A stretch of DNA of 20,730 bases from an uncultured Aquificales bacterium (GTDB lineage Bacteria; Thermosulfidibacterota; Thermosulfidibacteria; Thermosulfidibacterales; Thermosulfidibacteraceae), in NCBI GenBank assembly GCA_964411615.1, contig CAYPLO010000011.1:1-20730 (forward strand). Direction: 5' to 3'. The notes below the pieces were generated by a model, which was not told where the DNA came from, ran no database searches, and saw only the letters and a list, made by a program, of their open reading frames with translations. Positions 1 to 8,171 of this stretch are shown in pieces. The position numbers and the translations under genes are program-made. The first letter of the stretch is position 1. Every line of letters starts with the position of its first letter.

Positions 1-597
1 CTTGGCCTTCATGATGTTGGGCAAGGATGGATACCTGGGCTCGTTGAGGCCCTTTCTGCCCGCGAAGACGGCGGGAAGCTCAACCTCAAAGACCTCCTCA
101 CCACCCTCAACCATCCTGACCGCAACGGCCTTGTTGCCGTCAATGTCCAACTTCACAATGTTGCAAACGGCAGGGATACCCAGCATTTCCGCCACCATGC
201 TGGGAACGCTCCAAGTATCGCCGTCGATAGCCCTCTGCCCGAAGAGCAGAAGCTGATATGCGTCCAGTCCCCCCTCCTTCTTCAGAGCCTCCACCAGCAC
301 CTTGGCGGTCACGTAGGCATCTGAGCCGTCAAGGGCATCGTCCTCAATATGGACACCCCTGTCAGCACCCATAGCCAGAGCGGACCTTATGGCCTCCTGG
401 GCCCTGGCAGGTCCCATACTTATCACCAGTATCTCCTCAACAAGACCTGCCTCCTTCTTCCTGACCGCCTCCTCAACGGCAAACTCGTCGTAGGGGTTCA
501 GGATGTACTTTATCTCGCTCTTGTCCAGCCTGTCCCCCGCAAGCTTAACACGGGTCTCCGTGTCCGGAACGCTCTTCACAAAACAGACCGCCTTCAT
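1..597 (-). CDS. etfB: Electron transfer flavoprotein beta subunit, 3' end outside window
   Basis: Manual translation from ATG at 597 (SD GGGAGGTG just upstream): MKAVCFVKSVPDTETRVK...ILNPYDEFAVEEAV...ALAMGADRGVHI...GQRAIDGDT...LNEPRYPSLPNIMKAK. Frame is open to the window edge. Not in the supplied ORF track. Confidence 0.95.
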   Translation of the reverse strand, partial: MKAVCFVKSVPDTETRVKLAGDRLDKSEIKYILNPYDEFAVEEAVRKKEAGLVEEILVISMGPARAQEAIRSALAMGADRGVHIEDDALDGSDAYVTAKVLVEALKKEGGLDAYQLLLFGQRAIDGDTWSVPSMVAEMLGIPAVCNIVKLDIDGNKAVAVRMVEGGEEVFEVELPAVFAGRKGLNEPRYPSLPNIMKAK

Positions 598-615
598 ACC
601 CTCACCTCCCAAAAC

Positions 616-633
616 TGAATGAGTATTCATTCA
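616..633. promoter_or_regulatory. Palindromic operator TGAATGA-N4-TCATTCA (FadR/YsiA-type TetR box)
   Basis: Plus strand reads TGAATGAGTATTCATTCA, with perfect 7-bp arms. It lies between a candidate promoter and the etfB SD and fits the B. subtilis FadR box consensus as I recall it (TGAATGAnTAnTCATTCA). Confidence 0.75.
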
Positions 634-645
634 CTCCGCGGAACC

Positions 646-674
646 CTCTTACATCAGCCCCGGCATTTTGTCAA
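646..674 (-). promoter_or_regulatory. Candidate sigma70-type internal promoter for etfB
   Basis: Perfect -35 TTGACA (674-669), 17-bp spacer, weak -10 TAAGAG (651-646), in the 87-bp acd-etfB gap. Confidence 0.5.
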
Positions 675-684
675 GTCAAAATCC

Positions 685-1833
685 TTACATCTCCTTCAAA
701 AGGGCCCTGGCTATGGTGAGCCTCTGGGCCTCAGCGGTTCCCTCGTATATCTCCGTTATCTTGGCGTCCCTGTAGTGCCTCTCCACATCGTAGTCTGTGG
801 TGTAGCCGTATCCACCGTGGACCTGGATAGCCTCTCTCGTCACCTTCATGGCCACATCGGAGGCGAAGAGCTTGGCCATGGCAGAGACCTTGTAGAAGCT
901 GGGAATGCCGTTGTCCTTCAGCCAGGCAGCTTTAAGATAGAGGAGCCTTGCAGCCTCAATGAGGGTGGCCATGTCAGCCAGCTTGAACTGTATGGCCTGG
1001 AAGTTGGCTATGGGCTGACCGAACTGGACCCTGGTCTTGGCAAACTCAACAGCCTCCTCAAAGGCGGCTTGAGCAATCCCAACAGCCTGGGCAGCTATAC
1101 CTATCCTGCCGCCGTCGTAGCAGTACATGGCGATGTAGAAGCCCTGCCCCTCCTCGCCCAGAAGGTTGCTGGCAGGTATCCTGCAGTCCTCAAAGACCAG
1201 CTCTCCCGTTGATGAGCCCCTTATACCCAGCTTGTGCTCGTACTTGGTAATCTCAAAGCCAGGAGTCCCCTTCTCAACGATGAAGGCGCTCATACCCTTG
1301 TGCTTCTTCTCCTTGTCGGTCATGGCAAAGACCAGGAATATATCGGCCTCCCTGGCGTTGGTTATGAAGTGCTTTGTTCCGTTGAGTATGTAGTAATCGC
1401 CGTCCCTTTTAGCGGTTGTGGAGATGCTGGTGACATCGGTTCCCGCTCCTGGCTCCGTCATGGCGTGGGCCCCTATCTTCTCACCCTTTGCCAGAGGCAC
1501 CAGATACTTCTGCTTCTGCTCCTCAGTGCCGTACTTGAGGATGGGGTCCACCACAAGGGAGGTATGGGCAGACACGAGAACCCCTGTGGAGGCACAGGCT
1601 CTGGAGAGCTCCTCAACCACAGTGGCATAGGCAACATAGTTGAGTCCGGAGCCACCGTACTCCTCAGGCACATGGATGCCAAAGAGGCCCAGTTCCGCAA
1701 GCTGCCTTATTATCTCCTGAGGTATCTCGCACTTCTCATCAATCTCCTTTGCCTTAGGCTTCACCTGCTCCTCGGCAAACCTCCTCACCATATCTTTTAA
1801 CATCTTCTGCTCTTCGGTAAACTCAAAGTTCAT
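685..1833 (-). CDS. Short-chain acyl-CoA (butyryl-CoA) dehydrogenase
   Basis: 382 aa. Motifs: [47 protein letters not shown], catalytic EIYEGT. SD GAGGAGG. Confidence 0.95.
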   Translation of the reverse strand: MNFEFTEEQKMLKDMVRRFAEEQVKPKAKEIDEKCEIPQEIIRQLAELGLFGIHVPEEYGGSGLNYVAYATVVEELSRACASTGVLVSAHTSLVVDPILKYGTEEQKQKYLVPLAKGEKIGAHAMTEPGAGTDVTSISTTAKRDGDYYILNGTKHFITNAREADIFLVFAMTDKEKKHKGMSAFIVEKGTPGFEITKYEHKLGIRGSSTGELVFEDCRIPASNLLGEEGQGFYIAMYCYDGGRIGIAAQAVGIAQAAFEEAVEFAKTRVQFGQPIANFQAIQFKLADMATLIEAARLLYLKAAWLKDNGIPSFYKVSAMAKLFASDVAMKVTREAIQVHGGYGYTTDYDVERHYRDAKITEIYEGTAEAQRLTIARALLKEM

Positions 1834-2563
1834 GGCACTTCCTCCTCACAAAGTTTGGTCTTCTTTTTTCAAAAAAGGCTTTTATACCCTCCTTTTTGTC
1901 CTGGGTTGAGAAGGCGAAGCTGAACATCTCCCTCTCAATGGAGAGACCGGCCTCAAGGGAGATGTCCCAGGTGGCATCCACTATTCTCTTTGTCATCACC
2001 TGGGCGGTCTGGGATAGGGAGAGGATGGAAGCCGATAGCTTATCCTTCAGTTTGGTAAGCTCGCCTCTGTCCGGAACCAGACCGTTAAAGGCACCGGAAA
2101 CCTCAGATACCTCAGCCTCCCCCAGCAGGAAGAGGCCCTTCGCCTTTGAAAGCCCCAGTGTTCTTGCGGCAAGCTGGATGCCCCCCAGAAGGGGTACAAA
2201 ACCCTCACCCACACAGAGAACAGAGCCTTCGGTGGCGTAGGCCATATCGCATAAAAACATGAACTCCAGCCACCAGCCTGAACACCTCCCATCAACAAGG
2301 GCCACAGTAATGTAGGGCAACTCCTGAAACCAGAGGGCAAAGCGGTGAGTCTTGTCTATGAGCCTTTTATCGCAGTCAACCCCAGCCGGACCGTTCCCCA
2401 ACAGCTCAAAAAAGAGCAGACGGACCTCATCACACGGAGCCTCCCCCTCAAGGAGGGAGGAAAGCCCATCCACAAGGTCCTCCAAGGAGACAGACTGAAG
2501 GGGGATGGAGAGATAACCATCCCCCTTCTCAAAGGGTATATCACTTCTTCTCTGTGTAGTCAT
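1823..2563 (-). CDS. Crotonase/enoyl-CoA hydratase superfamily protein, divergent N-terminal half
   Basis: Core [14 protein letters not shown]....CD and [17 protein letters not shown], plus a conserved C-terminus [12 protein letters not shown]...[19 protein letters not shown]. Start uncertain; ATG 2563 (weak AAGGG SD, 23-nt overlap with hbd) preferred over 2605. Confidence 0.8.
   Translation of the reverse strand: MTTQRRSDIPFEKGDGYLSIPLQSVSLEDLVDGLSSLLEGEAPCDEVRLLFFELLGNGPAGVDCDKRLIDKTHRFALWFQELPYITVALVDGRCSGWWLEFMFLCDMAYATEGSVLCVGEGFVPLLGGIQLAARTLGLSKAKGLFLLGEAEVSEVSGAFNGLVPDRGELTKLKDKLSASILSLSQTAQVMTKRIVDATWDISLEAGLSIEREMFSFAFSTQDKKEGIKAFFEKRRPNFVRRKCHEL
2497..2528. other. Perfect 12-bp inverted repeat (hairpin) with 8-nt loop
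   Basis: GAAGGGGGATGG (2497-2508) and CCATCCCCCTTC (2517-2528) are exact reverse complements. On the mRNA it begins 12 nt after the hbd stop. No U-tract follows. Confidence 0.7.
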
Positions 2564-3410
2564 AGAAGCCCTTGCCCGTCTTGCGTCCCAGGTATCCCGC
2601 ATCAACCATCTTCACCAGAAGCGGACAGGGCCTGTACTTGGGGTCACCAAAGGCCTCGTACATCACGTTCAGGATGTAGAGGCAGGTATCAAGGCCTATG
2701 AGGTCCGCAAGGGCAAGGGGACCCATGGGGTGGTTCATACCGAGCTTCATTATGGTGTCTATATCCTCAGGGGAGCCAACGCCCTCGTAAAGGGCAAATA
2801 TGGCCTCGTTTATCATGGGCATAAGCACCCTGTTGGAGACGAATCCGGGAGAGTCGTTTATAACCACGGGGACTTTACCAACCTTTTTGGAGAGCTCAAC
2901 GGTAAGCTCAGTGGTCTCATCGTCGGTCTGGAGACCCTTAATCACCTCAACCAGCTTCATAACGGGAACGGGGTTCATGAAGTGCATTCCTATCACCTTG
3001 TTGGGTCTGGAGGTCCAGGAGGCTATCTTGGTGATGGAGATGGAGGAGGTGTTGGTTGCAAGAACAATGTCGGGTCTGGTAATCTTATCAACCGCCTCAA
3101 AGACCTCCTTCTTCACATCCTCAAGCTCAACAACCGCCTCGATGAAGAAGTCCACATCGGCAAAGTCCTCAAGCTTTGTGGTTCCCTTTATGCGGCCCAT
3201 TATGGCCTTCTTGTCGTCTTCGGTAATCTTGCCCTTGGAGACCGCCCTGTTCAGGTTCTTCTCAATCATGGAGAGACCACGGTTCAGGGCCTCCTCGTTA
3301 ATCTCCCTCACAATCACCTCGTAGCCGGCCTGGGCACAGACCTGGACTATTCCATGCCCCATGGTACCGGCACCGCAAACCCCTATCTTCTTGATATCCT
3401 CAAGCTTCAT
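2541..3410 (-). CDS. hbd: 3-hydroxybutyryl-CoA dehydrogenase
   Basis: 289 aa. Motifs: GAGTMGHGI Rossmann fold, [16 protein letters not shown] catalytic His, [27 protein letters not shown]. Confidence 0.95.
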   Translation of the reverse strand: MKLEDIKKIGVCGAGTMGHGIVQVCAQAGYEVIVREINEEALNRGLSMIEKNLNRAVSKGKITEDDKKAIMGRIKGTTKLEDFADVDFFIEAVVELEDVKKEVFEAVDKITRPDIVLATNTSSISITKIASWTSRPNKVIGMHFMNPVPVMKLVEVIKGLQTDDETTELTVELSKKVGKVPVVINDSPGFVSNRVLMPMINEAIFALYEGVGSPEDIDTIMKLGMNHPMGPLALADLIGLDTCLYILNVMYEAFGDPKYRPCPLLVKMVDAGYLGRKTGKGFYDYTEKK

Positions 3411-3429
3411 GACTACCCTCCCTCACGAT

Positions 3430-4608
3430 TTATACAAGCTCAACTATCATGGCCACCGCACCGCCACCACCGAGACACAGGGTGCACAGGCCCCTCTTAA
3501 GTCCCCTCTGCTTGAGTGCGTATATCAGCGTTGTGAGGACCCTGGCACCGCTTGCACCTATGGGATGGCCAAGGGCAACGGCTCCACCGTTGACGTTGAA
3601 CTTCTCGTGGGGGATGTTCAGGGCCCTCATCACCGCCACAGAGGCAGCGGCAAAGGCCTCGTTGTGCTCAAAGAGGTCTATATCGTCAACAGTGAAGCCC
3701 GTCATATCGAGCAGCTTCTTAACACATGGAATGGGAGCCTCCATAACCCACTCAGGGGCTATGTGGGCAGAAGTGTAGGCAACTATCTTTGCTATGGGTT
3801 TGAGTCCTGCAGCCTCCACCTTCTCCTTGGACGCTATCACCACGGCGGCAGCACCGTCGCTTATCTTGGAGGCGTTACCTGCCGTCACCTTCCCGTCCTT
3901 CTTGAAGACGGGAGGAAGCTTTGCAAGCTTCTCAAGGCTGGTCTCCTTGGGTCCCTCGTCGGTGTCAAAGATGACGGGGTCTCCCTTCTTCTGGGGAATC
4001 TCAACGGGAACTATCTCCTCCTTGAAGAGCCCCTCCCTTATGGCCTTCAGGGCCCTGTTGTTGCTCTCAAGGGCAAACTTATCCATATCCTCCCTTGAGA
4101 CGTTATACTTCTCAGCTATCAGCTCACCCGTCATACCCATGTGGAAGTTGTTGTAGGGGTCCCAGAGTCCATCGTGGACCATCAAATCCACCAGCTCACC
4201 GTTGAAGAGCCTGTATCCGGTTCTGGCCTTGAAAAGAGCATAAGGACAGAGGCTCATGTTCTCCATGCCGCCTGCAACTATAACATCCGCCTCGTTGGCC
4301 TTGATGGCAGTGGCACCAAGCATAACCGCCTTGAGGCCAGAGCCGCAGACCTTGTTGACCGTGAACGCATTCACGTTATCGGGCAGACCTGCATACCTCA
4401 TAGCCTGTCTCGCAGGGGCCTGCCCAACGCCAGCCTGAACCACCTGACCCATTATCACCTCGTCAACATCCTCAGGCTTGATTCCGGCCCTCTTTACCGC
4501 CTCCTTGATGACAACGGCACCGAGTTTTGGGGCAGGTATGTTGCTCAAAGTGCCCAAAAAATTGCCTATGGCGGTTCTCACCGCCGAGAGTATGTAGACC
4601 TCCCTCAT
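3430..4608 (-). CDS. Acetyl-CoA C-acyltransferase (thiolase)
   Basis: 392 aa. TVNKVCGSG catalytic Cys, NEAF, GHPIGASG and CLGGGG are all intact. SD GGAGGTG. Confidence 0.96.
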   Translation of the reverse strand: MREVYILSAVRTAIGNFLGTLSNIPAPKLGAVVIKEAVKRAGIKPEDVDEVIMGQVVQAGVGQAPARQAMRYAGLPDNVNAFTVNKVCGSGLKAVMLGATAIKANEADVIVAGGMENMSLCPYALFKARTGYRLFNGELVDLMVHDGLWDPYNNFHMGMTGELIAEKYNVSREDMDKFALESNNRALKAIREGLFKEEIVPVEIPQKKGDPVIFDTDEGPKETSLEKLAKLPPVFKKDGKVTAGNASKISDGAAAVVIASKEKVEAAGLKPIAKIVAYTSAHIAPEWVMEAPIPCVKKLLDMTGFTVDDIDLFEHNEAFAAASVAVMRALNIPHEKFNVNGGAVALGHPIGASGARVLTTLIYALKQRGLKRGLCTLCLGGGGAVAMIVELV

Positions 4609-4625
4609 TACAGCACCTCCGATTT

Positions 4626-5210
4626 TTAATCTGCCTTCAATACAACGGCTATGAACTTTGTTCCCTTTTTCCCCTCGACACAGTGGGAGACCCTTGAATC
4701 GTAGTATATGGAGTCTCCCTCTTCCAGCTCAAAGGTTCTATCACCCAGCTTCAACTTGAGCTTTCCCTCAAGCACATATATAAATTCTTCCCCCTCATGG
4801 GACACACTCTGGGGACACTTCTCGTCCTTGTCAAATATCACAAGATACGGGTCCATCTTTCTGTTGAGCTTACCGAAGGCGAGGGAGTAGAAGCTGAGAT
4901 TGGGGTAGGTCTCCCTTCTGGCCGTGGGCTTCCCTTCACCTTTTCTAACGAGGGTGTAGTCCACATTCTCCTCAGGCGACTCCTGGAAAAAGCAGGCTAT
5001 CTTGACCCCCAACGCCTCCGCTATGCGCCAGAGGGTGGTTATGGGCGGGGAGACCACGTTGTTCTCTATCTGTGACAGAAGGGCTGTGGAGAACCCCGTT
5101 ATCTTTGACATCTCTTTCAGGGTATAGCCCTTTTTCAGCCTCAACTCCCTTATCTTCCCGCCGAGATTGAGCCTCTCTATGGCCTCATGGGTGTCCCGCT
5201 TTCTTCTCAA
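4626..5210 (-). CDS. XRE-family HTH plus cupin-domain transcriptional regulator
   Basis: HTH: LGGKIRELR..TLKEMS..TGFSTALLSQIEN..SPPITTLWRIAEALGV. Cupin: HEGEEFIYVLEG..LEEGDSIYYDSRVSH. TTG at 5210 follows SD GGAGGTG and is preferred over the track's GTG 5237, which falls inside the predicted promoter. Confidence 0.9.
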   Translation of the reverse strand: MRRKRDTHEAIERLNLGGKIRELRLKKGYTLKEMSKITGFSTALLSQIENNVVSPPITTLWRIAEALGVKIACFFQESPEENVDYTLVRKGEGKPTARRETYPNLSFYSLAFGKLNRKMDPYLVIFDKDEKCPQSVSHEGEEFIYVLEGKLKLKLGDRTFELEEGDSIYYDSRVSHCVEGKKGTKFIAVVLKAD

Positions 5211-5227
5211 GCCCACCTCCGAGAGGG

Positions 5228-5256
5228 AGAGTAGCACAGGAACTTTTAACTTTCAA
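5228..5256 (-). promoter_or_regulatory. Candidate sigma70-type promoter for the XRE/beta-oxidation genes
   Basis: TTGAAA (5256-5251), 17-bp spacer, TG-extended -10 TGcTACTCT (hexamer 5233-5228), with an AT-rich UP-like tract upstream. Confidence 0.6.
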
Positions 5257-5276
5257 GAAAAATTGTTAAACGAAAA

Positions 5277-6122
5277 TTAAGGCCTCAGCCCCTTTATCCT
5301 CTCGGCCCTGCTGACTATCTCCCTTATCCTGAGGGCGAAGTTGGACTCAACCACAACCACCTCACCCCTGGCTATCACCTTACCGTTCACCACCAGGTCA
5401 ACGTAGTCCTCAGCGGAACGGTCAAGCTCAATGAGGGAGCCGGGGCCGAGCTTCAACACATCCTTTATCTTCATCCTGGACTTGCCAAGGCTGACCACAA
5501 CGGGAAGCTCTATGTCCAGGATGAGGTCCAGCTTCTCCGAACTTATCCTTACGGTATCCTTGGCCTCCTCAGCCTGCTGGGGAACGAGTTCCTCCTGTTG
5601 TTGTTCCTCCCCCTTTTGTCCCATGGAGTTGAACCTCTCCACCATGGCATCGGAAAGCAGGAAGTAGAAGAGGAACTCTTCCTCCTCCACCTTCACTTTA
5701 AGGGGGAAGAACTTGGAGAAATCCCTGAGTATAAGGTCCTCCTTGGTGAGCTCCTCCATCTCGGGCTGGGTGAAGTTGTAGGTCTCTTCATACTTGGTCA
5801 GCTCCAGCCTCAGCCTGCCCCAGAACTGGTTCATAAACTCGCTGAAGGCATCTTTGAGCTCGTCTGTAAGCTCCTCCTGCTCCATACCGATTATCTTTCC
5901 ACCGATAACGGCCACATCCCGCTTCTCAATAAATACCCCTGCCTTCTCCTCCTCGCTGTCCTCTGAGCTTATCCAGTAGAGAATCCCTTCCTCCAGGGGC
6001 AAATCCACCACATCCTTCAGCTCCTCTTCTGCGGGCTCCACTTCTCCTTTCACCATGAGAAGCCCTGTTATAACCTCCTCCAGATAGGGCAGAGCCTCCT
6101 TCAGCGCCTTAGGTATGGACAT
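5277..6122 (-). CDS. fliY: FliY-like C-ring protein (CheC/CheX-like domain plus FliN/SpoA domain)
   Basis: C-terminal FliN domain (KLDLILDIELPVVVSLG..KLGPGSLIELD..VNGKVIARGEVVVV). Acidic N-terminal region carries DAFSEFMNQFWG (ExxN). Directly follows fliM. Confidence 0.8.
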   Translation of the reverse strand: MSIPKALKEALPYLEEVITGLLMVKGEVEPAEEELKDVVDLPLEEGILYWISSEDSEEEKAGVFIEKRDVAVIGGKIIGMEQEELTDELKDAFSEFMNQFWGRLRLELTKYEETYNFTQPEMEELTKEDLILRDFSKFFPLKVKVEEEEFLFYFLLSDAMVERFNSMGQKGEEQQQEELVPQQAEEAKDTVRISSEKLDLILDIELPVVVSLGKSRMKIKDVLKLGPGSLIELDRSAEDYVDLVVNGKVIARGEVVVVESNFALRIREIVSRAERIKGLRP

Positions 6123-6124
6123 GG

Positions 6125-7102
6125 CTACTCCTTAAGCCTCTCTATCTTCATTGCCTTTCTTCCCTTCTTCTCCCCCACCCTGCCGTAGAACTTAACGACA
6201 TCCCCAACAAGCACGGGAAGCAGACTATCAACAAAGGTGTCCAGCCTTATTATATCCCCCTCCTCAAGGTCCAGAACATCTCCAACTGTGAGGGTTGTAA
6301 ATCCAAGAACTCCTTCAATGTTAACAACGGCGTTGAGCACATGGAGCCTCACCAGCTCCCTGTCCCTCTCCGAAACCTCCCTGGTGCCCGTAAACATCTC
6401 TATACCGAGCCTGTTGCTCACAGGCTCCAGAGCTATGGCGGGGATACATAGGTTCATTATCCCCTTGACCTCACCTATACGAATCTCAAAGGAGATGAGG
6501 ACCACAACCTCATTGGGGGCCACTATCTGAATCAGGTGGGGGCTCGACTCCTTAACCTCAACCTCAAACTCCACATCGTCTATCACATCCTCCCATACCT
6601 TCTCCAGCTCCTCAAGAATCCTGTTCAGCACCCCATCCATGAGGTCCATCTCAAGGTCCGTAAGGGGACGGACCTCCTCAACGGGCTCACCGGGCCCACC
6701 CAAGAGCCTATCTATAACGGGAAAGACCAGAGAGGGATTTATCTCCAAGGCGAACTTGGCGTCTATGGGATACACCCCCAGAACACAGAAGAAGGTTGGG
6801 TCAGGAAGGGCCATGAGGAACTCGGAGTAGGTTATCTGCTCTATGGATGATAGCTCAACCTCCACTATGCTCCTGAGATAGGTGGAGAGAACGGAGGAGA
6901 AGTTCCTGGCGAACCTGTCGTGCATGAACTGCAGAAACCTTATCTGGTCCTTGGATATCCTGTCGGGACGCTTGAAGTTGTAGGGAACCGCCGTCTTTTC
7001 AGGGGAGAACTTATCCGGTAAAGTCTCTAAGTCCAAATCACCGCCCTCCTGCATAGCCGCAAGGAGGGCATCCACCTCTTCCTGCGTCAGGATTTCGGCC
7101 AT
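6125..7102 (-). CDS. fliM: Flagellar motor switch protein FliM
   Basis: N-terminal CheY-binding LTQEEVDALL, YNFKRPDRISKDQ, RLLGGPG, C-terminal SpoA domain. Confidence 0.96.
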   Translation of the reverse strand: MAEILTQEEVDALLAAMQEGGDLDLETLPDKFSPEKTAVPYNFKRPDRISKDQIRFLQFMHDRFARNFSSVLSTYLRSIVEVELSSIEQITYSEFLMALPDPTFFCVLGVYPIDAKFALEINPSLVFPVIDRLLGGPGEPVEEVRPLTDLEMDLMDGVLNRILEELEKVWEDVIDDVEFEVEVKESSPHLIQIVAPNEVVVLISFEIRIGEVKGIMNLCIPAIALEPVSNRLGIEMFTGTREVSERDRELVRLHVLNAVVNIEGVLGFTTLTVGDVLDLEEGDIIRLDTFVDSLLPVLVGDVVKFYGRVGEKKGRKAMKIERLKE

Positions 7103-7109
7103 GGCACCT

Positions 7110-8171
7110 CTACGTGACCAGCTTATTCAGTATAACGGGTATCTCGTTTATGGGGGCCACATGGTCCGCCAGATTGCTCTCAACCACACACCTGGGCATC
7201 CCGTAGACAACACAGGAGGCCTTATCCTCTGCAACCATAACGCCACCCTTCGCCTTTATATCCCTGGCCCCCTCGCATCCGTCTTTTCCCATGCCCGTCA
7301 AAATAACCCCTATTATCCCTCCGGAGTAGGATTCAGCCACAGATTTGTAAAGCAAATCCACACTGGGTTTGTAGATTATATTGGGTGGTGGGTCGCTAAC
7401 CCTTATCACATGCCTTGCCCCATCCTTCTGGACCGTCATAACCTTTCCACCTGGAGCCACATAGACATAGCCCTCCCTTACAGGCTCCCTGTCCTCGGCC
7501 TCCTTAACCGTCATGTGGGTCAAGCTGTTGAGCTTCTCCGCAAGCATCCCTGTAAACAGTGGCGGCATGTGCTGGGCTATCACGATGGGCACCTTGAAGG
7601 AACTCTTCAGATTTGAGATGACCGTCTGCAGTGCGGGAGGACCGCCTGTGGAGGAGCCTATCGCCACAATCTCCGTCCTCCCCCTGGGAGAGATGCTGGA
7701 TAGACTCACGTGCTTTACCTCTGTCTCCCTCTTGGGAACGCTTCTGAAGAACTTGTGGGCACGCCTCAGGGAGGAGAGGCTTCCCTTGGCCTGCTTGACC
7801 TTCCTTATAAGCTCCTCCTCAAGGTTGTAGAACTGTAGTAGTCCCTTCTCTATACCCTTTGGGATAAAGTCCAGAGCCCCAAGCTCAAGGGCCCTTATGG
7901 TGGCCTCAGCCCCCTCCTTGGTGACGGCACTTACCATTATGACGGGGGTGGGCTTCTTCTCCATAATCTCCTTCAGCGCCTCAAGACCGTTCTTCCTGGG
8001 CATCTCCACATCCAAGGTCACCACGTCAGGAGAGAGCTCAAGGACCTTCTGGACCGCCTCCTCACCGTCCTTGGCAAATCCGATAACCTTAATCTCAGGG
8101 TCCTTCTCCAAGATTCTGGAGATGGCCCTTCTGAAGAAAGGTGAATCGTCAACCACAAGCACCCTAATCAT
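7110..8171 (-). CDS. cheB: Chemotaxis protein-glutamate methylesterase CheB
   Basis: Receiver domain (VVDDS, LDVEMP, FIPK) plus methylesterase triad motifs GSSTGGP, QHMPP, TGMGKDG. Confidence 0.97.
   Translation of the reverse strand: MIRVLVVDDSPFFRRAISRILEKDPEIKVIGFAKDGEEAVQKVLELSPDVVTLDVEMPRKNGLEALKEIMEKKPTPVIMVSAVTKEGAEATIRALELGALDFIPKGIEKGLLQFYNLEEELIRKVKQAKGSLSSLRRAHKFFRSVPKRETEVKHVSLSSISPRGRTEIVAIGSSTGGPPALQTVISNLKSSFKVPIVIAQHMPPLFTGMLAEKLNSLTHMTVKEAEDREPVREGYVYVAPGGKVMTVQKDGARHVIRVSDPPPNIIYKPSVDLLYKSVAESYSGGIIGVILTGMGKDGCEGARDIKAKGGVMVAEDKASCVVYGMPRCVVESNLADHVAPINEIPVILNKLVT

Noticed and set aside
2404..2489. Several small 4-6 bp stems in the crotonase-like gene
   Set aside because: Too short to exceed expectation in purine/pyrimidine-skewed sequence.
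2356..2544. 62-aa ORF as an independent gene
   Set aside because: It is nested out of frame in the crotonase-like gene and has no protein-like features. Kept only as a possible frameshift entry.
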